Shown here piece after piece: positions 58,785 through 64,000 of a stretch of 64,000 bases of DNA. The stretch covers positions 4,352,001 to 4,416,000 of the forward strand of contig OZ223236.1 in assembly GCA_965140445.1 (NCBI GenBank). Direction: 5' to 3'. This DNA is from Candidatus Ozemobacteraceae bacterium (GTDB lineage: Bacteria; Muiribacteriota; Ozemobacteria; Ozemobacterales; Ozemobacteraceae). The notes under the pieces are model-generated. The model was not told where the DNA came from. It worked only from the letters and a program-made list of their open reading frames with translations, and searched no databases. The translations under genes were made by a program, and so were the position numbers. How positions within the stretch are numbered: the first letter of the stretch is position 1; each line of letters opens with the position of its first letter.

Positions 58785-58888
58785 GTTATTTTCCTCCAGG
58801 ATTGAAATAAGTCCGTTGATTATATCAGACAATTAGTTCTAAGTCAATTCTTTAAGCGCTATTCAAATAGCTTTTGTGTACAAAAATT

Positions 58889-59644
58889 TTAGAGAGGTTT
58901 TGAAACAGGAATTCCGTTGTTTCTAGGAAATTTTTTCCCAACTTCTTTCTTTTTTTGAATAAGCATAAAGCCTCTGCTGAAAGGATATTCAGGAGGTTCT
59001 AATCTAAAAAAATCAATATTGGTTTTTCTAACACCCAGTTCTTTTAAAGCATTTCCTGCCTCTGCCAATTCTTCATCAAGTTTTGGGCCTTTGTAAAAAA
59101 GAGCATAACCACCAACTCTGATTAGAGGCATGCAATATTCTAACAAAATCCTTACAGACGCAAGAGCCCGGCAAACTACAACGTCCAACTTTTCCCTAAA
59201 ACGAACATCTCTCCCTAATTCTTCTGCCCTGGAATGGACAGTGGTAAGATTTTCTATCCCGGTTTGTTTAGCAATTCTTGAAACGAACTCTACTGACTTC
59301 TTTCTTGAATCAACTGCATAAAATCTGGAATTAGGAAGCATTATAGTGAGTGGTAAAACAGGAAAGCCGCCGCCTGTTCCAAGATCCAAGATATTTAGGT
59401 CACTTTTCCAAACCGGAATATTAAAAGTCATTGGTGCAATGCTATCTAAAATGTGCTTCATGGCAAAATCTTCATGCTCAAAAATTTTAGACACACTTGG
59501 ATACATCGGATCTGCCAACATATTCGAGCCTAAAAGGTTCAGTTTTTCAGCTTTTTCATCTGGCAAACTAATTTTTAGAGATTCAATTTGTTCAGTTATA
59601 AGTTTTATAAAATCCGGTTTAACTTGATTTTCGGTAGAATTCAT
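58889..59644 (-). CDS. rsmG: 16S rRNA m7G527 methyltransferase
   Basis: HILDS, DLGTGGGFP, RAEE and CRA motifs; follows mnmG. Confidence 0.94.
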   Translation of the reverse strand: MNSTENQVKPDFIKLITEQIESLKISLPDEKAEKLNLLGSNMLADPMYPSVSKIFEHEDFAMKHILDSIAPMTFNIPVWKSDLNILDLGTGGGFPVLPLTIMLPNSRFYAVDSRKKSVEFVSRIAKQTGIENLTTVHSRAEELGRDVRFREKLDVVVCRALASVRILLEYCMPLIRVGGYALFYKGPKLDEELAEAGNALKELGVRKTNIDFFRLEPPEYPFSRGFMLIQKKKEVGKKFPRNNGIPVSKPL

Positions 59645-61512
59645 TTTCTTGCTGCCTTTTTGAGTGTCATTACAATCACAATTACATCTGAAGCTCTAAC
59701 TCCAGGCAATTTTGTTAAATCTCCTACTGTTGTTGGCTTTGCCGCCAGAATTTTCATCCTTGCTTCAGTAGAAACAGCTTTAGGAATATTTTTATAAAAA
59801 CTTTCATCCAGTTTCATTTCAGCCAGTTCTGATACCAGATCAAATTCCTTGGCCTGTTGAATGAGATAGCCAGAATACTTTATTCTAGCTTCCAATTCCA
59901 TTGAAGCCAATCTATCCAACTCGGCCAATTCTGGGATAAGATGGACAAAATCCTTTAATTCCAGATCTGGTCTTTTTAACAATTGAGATAGTGACAGACC
60001 GGTATTTGGAAGCTTCTCTATTTTTCCCGGGAAAGCTTCCATTACCTTTGCTGGAACAAGGCTGATTTCTTCAAATTTTTCTACTAAAGAATCAACTTGC
60101 TCCAATCTTTTACTTAAAATAACAAATTGTTCCTGAGAAATTACTCCGTATTCAAATCCAACCTTTGAAAGTCTTTCTTCGGCGTTTGACATTCTTAGCT
60201 GTAATCTAAAAGGAGATCTGGATGTGAAAACTCTATATGGTTCAGTTATTCCCTGGGTTGTGATTTCAGAAATCATCAGTCCCAAATAAGAGTCTTCGGG
60301 TCGCAAAATTAATAAGCTATCTCCCCTGACGGTTGCAGCAGCGTTTATTCCCGCAAGAATTCCTTGAGCGGCTGCTTCTTCATAACCAGAAGTTCCATTG
60401 ATTTGTCCCGCCAGAAAAAGATTTTTTATCGATTTGGACATCATAGTTGGAAAAAGATCCTGTGGATCAACAATGTCATACTCAATTCCATATCCCGGCC
60501 TGGTAATCCTTGCATTTTCGAGCCCGGGAATAGTTCTTACATAATCCTCTTGAACTTCTTCGGGCAGGCTTGTAGAGAGTCCTTGCAGATAGTATTCAAA
60601 AGTTTCACTTCCCTCGGGTTCAAGAAAAAGCTTGTGAGACATCTTATCGGGGAATTTGCTGATTTTATCTTCGATTGAAGGGCAGTATCGGGGCCCTGTT
60701 CCTGTTATATAGCCTGCGACCAATGCTGATCTATGAATGTTCGACGTAATAACATTATGGGTGGACTCATTTGTTCTGGTTATATAACAAGACTTAAATG
60801 GCAAATGGACTATTGGATCTGACCATGTTGAAAACATAGGAGTCAAAGGATCGTCTTCCTGCTCTTCAAGGTTATCAAAATTAATTGTATTTGCATCAAC
60901 TCGTGGTGGAGTACCAGTCTTAAATCTAGCCATAGGCAAACCAAGCTCTTCCAGGCTTCGTCCCAATTCATCAGATGGTGGTTCGCCCGCTCTTCCCGCA
61001 GGGAAAGAAGTTGATCCAATATGAATCATTCCACGTAAAAAAGTTCCCGTGGTTAAAATTACGGTATCTGATAAGAACTTTTCTCCGCCAAGAACTTCAA
61101 CACCAACTACAATGCTGTTTTCTACAAGAAGTTTTGTAACCATTCCCTGCATTAAACATAAATTTTCCTGCTGCTGGACAGCTTTCAGCATCCTGAGGCT
61201 ATAAGCTTCTTTATCAGATTGAAATCTATTAGCCTGGACGGCAAAACCTTTACGAGTATTTAAGCGACGAGCTTGAATTCTAGTCTCATCCGCAGCCTTT
61301 CCCATTTCTCCACCTAAAGCGTCAATTTCCCGGACAAGCTGTCCTTTTCCCTGACCGCCAATGGAAGGATTGCAAGGCATTGCAGCTACCATATCAATAT
61401 TAATGGTAAATAAAATTGTTTTTGCACCTGCACGAGCACTCGCCAATGCCGCTTCACAGCCAGCATGGCCTCCACCAACCACAATTACCTGATAATTAGA
61501 AGATTGCATCAC
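59641..61512 (-). CDS. mnmG: tRNA uridine-5-carboxymethylaminomethyl modification enzyme
   Basis: GGGHAGCEAA, MPCNPSIGG, GPRYCPSIEDK and GQINGTSGYEEAA motifs. Confidence 0.97.
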   Translation of the reverse strand: MMQSSNYQVIVVGGGHAGCEAALASARAGAKTILFTINIDMVAAMPCNPSIGGQGKGQLVREIDALGGEMGKAADETRIQARRLNTRKGFAVQANRFQSDKEAYSLRMLKAVQQQENLCLMQGMVTKLLVENSIVVGVEVLGGEKFLSDTVILTTGTFLRGMIHIGSTSFPAGRAGEPPSDELGRSLEELGLPMARFKTGTPPRVDANTINFDNLEEQEDDPLTPMFSTWSDPIVHLPFKSCYITRTNESTHNVITSNIHRSALVAGYITGTGPRYCPSIEDKISKFPDKMSHKLFLEPEGSETFEYYLQGLSTSLPEEVQEDYVRTIPGLENARITRPGYGIEYDIVDPQDLFPTMMSKSIKNLFLAGQINGTSGYEEAAAQGILAGINAAATVRGDSLLILRPEDSYLGLMISEITTQGITEPYRVFTSRSPFRLQLRMSNAEERLSKVGFEYGVISQEQFVILSKRLEQVDSLVEKFEEISLVPAKVMEAFPGKIEKLPNTGLSLSQLLKRPDLELKDFVHLIPELAELDRLASMELEARIKYSGYLIQQAKEFDLVSELAEMKLDESFYKNIPKAVSTEARMKILAAKPTTVGDLTKLPGVRASDVIVIVMTLKKAARK

Positions 61513-63758
61513 TTTTGCAACATTAGTGCTTTCTGAACAAGAGATGCAATAAGCTGACAGCTGTCGCCTTTCAACTTTTCAAGCAACTCTCGAACACCAG
61601 GATTTCTTTTCCTGGATAAAATTTTTGCAGCAGCTAGTCTAACACTATCAGAAGTGCATTGAATGGCTTTTTCTAACAAAATCATCTGATCATCGCCAAG
61701 AATAAATGGCAAATCTTTTACACCCTTTTCCCAGTCTTCCGGGTTGTTAGAGCACAGTTTCTGATAAATTTCTGCCGATCTTGGCTTGGCAAAGTTTATA
61801 TTGGCAGACCCTTTAGCCACACCGCTTGAAGCTGTATCTATTGGAGGCAGAACTGATGGAGCCTGTGAAACAGGAGCTGCAAATTGAACTGGTTGAGCAG
61901 GCTGAACAGGCTGAGCGGGCAAAACAGGTTCAGAAGGTTGAACAGGAGCAGCGGGTTGCACTGGCGCGGCTGGAGATATAGGCTGAGCGGGGGGCAACGT
62001 TGCTGCAGGCTTCGATTGCTGAACCCCAGGAAGCTCTTGTGTATGGCCCAAAGTTTCCGCAGGTTTGGTTGGGCTTTCCGATGCAATTGGCTCTGCAGCT
62101 TTTATTGGCGCAGCGGGCTCTCCATGCTCAAATGGTTGAATTGGTTTGGCGGCTTCCAATGGAGCAGTTTGATTAGTGGCCTGAGCGTGAGAAAGAGGGG
62201 CTGCAGGGTGAGTTTGTTCCGCAACTTGCACAGGCTGAGCAGGAATAGTAGGTTCCGCAGGTTTTATTGGCTGAGCCGAACTTAACGGAGCTGCCGTTGA
62301 AACTGTTTGCGCAGGGTTTACCTGAGAATTTTCAGATGGCCTTCCAATAGTCTTTGCCTGTGGCTGTGGAATTTCTCTCAGTGGTGTATCTTTTATTTTT
62401 TCAAATAAACTGTTGGCCACCTGTGCCACAACGGCATCTGGATCATTTGTTGCGGCTCGTAAAACCTGCCTTGCGTGAGAATTGTTTATTTTTGCAAGGG
62501 CTTTGAGAACACTAAGCCGAATCCCCTGATTGGGATCTTTTAAAGCTGCTTTTAAAAGAGTTAAGGAGGCCTGATCGCCAATCTCGCCAAGAGCAAAAAT
62601 CACACTATCTCTAAGCCAGACTTCTGGAGAAACCAGCATGGAACGCAAGGTAACAAAGGCCTCTCTATAACCATTTTTGACCAGATATTTGGCTGCATTA
62701 ACTTTAACTCTGTTCTCTTCATCTTGCAGCAATTTGAAAATATGCTCATCGCAACCTTGAATTTGTTGTTCTTCAATAACCTCAACAGTGTTTGCTCTTA
62801 CTCTTGGGTCCTCATCATTTAAGCAATGAATCAAAGTTGCCACGCCGGAGTTTCCGCTACTGCGAGCGTAAACTTTTACTAATCCGGATTTCACAATTAC
62901 ATCTTTTTCACTCATCAAAATATTTTCAATGATTGTAAAATCAAGTGGAACCTCAGACTCCATAATAATCTTCAACATCAGAAATCTTCTTTGTGAAGAA
63001 AATCCTTCTTCTGCCAGCTTTTTTAAAACCTGAGGAGGAACTCTTGGATCTTTTAAGTTAAGCAAGGTTTGTAGCGCAGTAAGTGAAACTTCTTCCTGAA
63101 CATCAGAAGAAAGAGAAAGCAACTGGGCAACATGCCCGGAAACTTTTGATTTAGCAAGATTACTGATATGACTTAGCTTATCTGGAATGCTTATAAGAGT
63201 TTTTAAATCCGGCAAAGAAGGGTCTAAAGGGTCTTCAAAATTAGGAGAAGCAACAGCATTGCTAAAGGTCGGCTGTTCCTGCATGTCCGTCATGGGCTCT
63301 ACAGGCTCTTGAGGGGCATTTGTTACTGTTTCAGCATCAGGAAGCAGAGATGTTCCACCAAAAGAGTTCTCATCGGGAAGCTTGAATTCCATGCTTGAAG
63401 CCTGAGTTGGTTCTTCTGCCGGAAAAATATTTTCAAATTTAGGCTCTTCAGTGGAGACGCTATTAGCAGGATCAGAGAATTCAACGGGTTTATCCTGAAC
63501 AGGATTGGCTGCTTTTTCAGCCTGCAAAACACCGTATAAATAATCCAAACACTGGTTGGCGTAAGTTTTCACTGTTTCTTCGCCGTCATTTTTAACAACT
63601 TGCAAAAACTCTATTTTTTGGTCAGCAGGCATCATTGGAAGATTAACAAGCTGCTCAATCGCTTTGATTCTTACCTCAGATGAAATAGACTGCAAATTCT
63701 GTTTTATTAATTCCTGCTTACGATTATTAATCATTTTCTCCTCGAACATCGCTATCAT
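61509..63758 (-). CDS. HEAT-repeat protein with Pro/Ala/Gln-rich linker
   Basis: LNDEDPRVRAN and LQDEENRVKVNA HEAT repeats; PAQPVQ repeats; start uncertain. Confidence 0.85.
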   Translation of the reverse strand: MIAMFEEKMINNRKQELIKQNLQSISSEVRIKAIEQLVNLPMMPADQKIEFLQVVKNDGEETVKTYANQCLDYLYGVLQAEKAANPVQDKPVEFSDPANSVSTEEPKFENIFPAEEPTQASSMEFKLPDENSFGGTSLLPDAETVTNAPQEPVEPMTDMQEQPTFSNAVASPNFEDPLDPSLPDLKTLISIPDKLSHISNLAKSKVSGHVAQLLSLSSDVQEEVSLTALQTLLNLKDPRVPPQVLKKLAEEGFSSQRRFLMLKIIMESEVPLDFTIIENILMSEKDVIVKSGLVKVYARSSGNSGVATLIHCLNDEDPRVRANTVEVIEEQQIQGCDEHIFKLLQDEENRVKVNAAKYLVKNGYREAFVTLRSMLVSPEVWLRDSVIFALGEIGDQASLTLLKAALKDPNQGIRLSVLKALAKINNSHARQVLRAATNDPDAVVAQVANSLFEKIKDTPLREIPQPQAKTIGRPSENSQVNPAQTVSTAAPLSSAQPIKPAEPTIPAQPVQVAEQTHPAAPLSHAQATNQTAPLEAAKPIQPFEHGEPAAPIKAAEPIASESPTKPAETLGHTQELPGVQQSKPAATLPPAQPISPAAPVQPAAPVQPSEPVLPAQPVQPAQPVQFAAPVSQAPSVLPPIDTASSGVAKGSANINFAKPRSAEIYQKLCSNNPEDWEKGVKDLPFILGDDQMILLEKAIQCTSDSVRLAAAKILSRKRNPGVRELLEKLKGDSCQLIASLVQKALMLQK
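61860..62000 (-). repeat. Degenerate 18-bp coding repeats
   Basis: Encodes PAQPIS PAAPVQ PAAPVQ PSEPVL PAQPVQ PAQPVQ. Confidence 0.75.
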
Positions 63759-63999
63759 TTTCTTTGAGAATTGTTAAAAGAATAGCAAGTTCTTCTTTTG
63801 AAAGGCAATTTTTTCTTGAAACTTGATTTAGATCATCATAATGATCTGAAGTTAAAATAGCCAATAAACCTTGGGACAAGACCTTAAATCTATCATCAGC
63901 AACATCTATTGGCAAACGAATACTTTCCATGAAGCTTGTTTGTTTTATTCTTTCAAGCTCTCGGTTAGCATAACCACTATATCTTAAATGGGTTTCCAA
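63727..63999 (-). CDS. Hypothetical protein, 5' end beyond the window edge
   Basis: Open to the window end; overlaps the next gene's start region. Confidence 0.5.
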   Translation of the reverse strand: METHLRYSGYANRELERIKQTSFMESIRLPIDVADDRFKVLSQGLLAILTSDHYDDLNQVSRKNCLSKEELAILLTILKENDSDVRGEND

Positions 64000-64000
64000 C

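Overview
AT-rich bacterial chromosomal window. The TonB-dependent receptor and a likely outer-membrane barrel suggest a diderm; the gene style is reminiscent of Candidatus Riflebacteria, but that is only an impression. In order, it contains: a minor-pilin-like operon; a Ca2+ P-type ATPase and a TonB receptor; an accessory stretch of about 12.5-25.6 kb (B12 radical SAM, CheB-CheR-PAS-kinase fusion, UbiB kinase, TetR and GH13); an OleC-like ligase, adenylate cyclase, dinB, galT, a DEAD helicase and htpG; a DUF3857/transglutaminase-Wzy_C-TPR-barrel envelope operon; spoVS; a fatty-acid cluster; and rsmG-mnmG. The most unusual signal is at 12.67-13.76 kb. It is a roughly 1065-bp unit bounded by related GTTAGAG-initiated repeats. 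It carries seven covarying hairpins with (A/T)ATG tetraloops, a small membrane ORF and a well-formed integron attC-like site, and no integrase is present in the window. A second candidate structured RNA lies on the minus strand at 33.2-33.4 kb. No tRNA, rRNA, CRISPR array or transposase was recognised.
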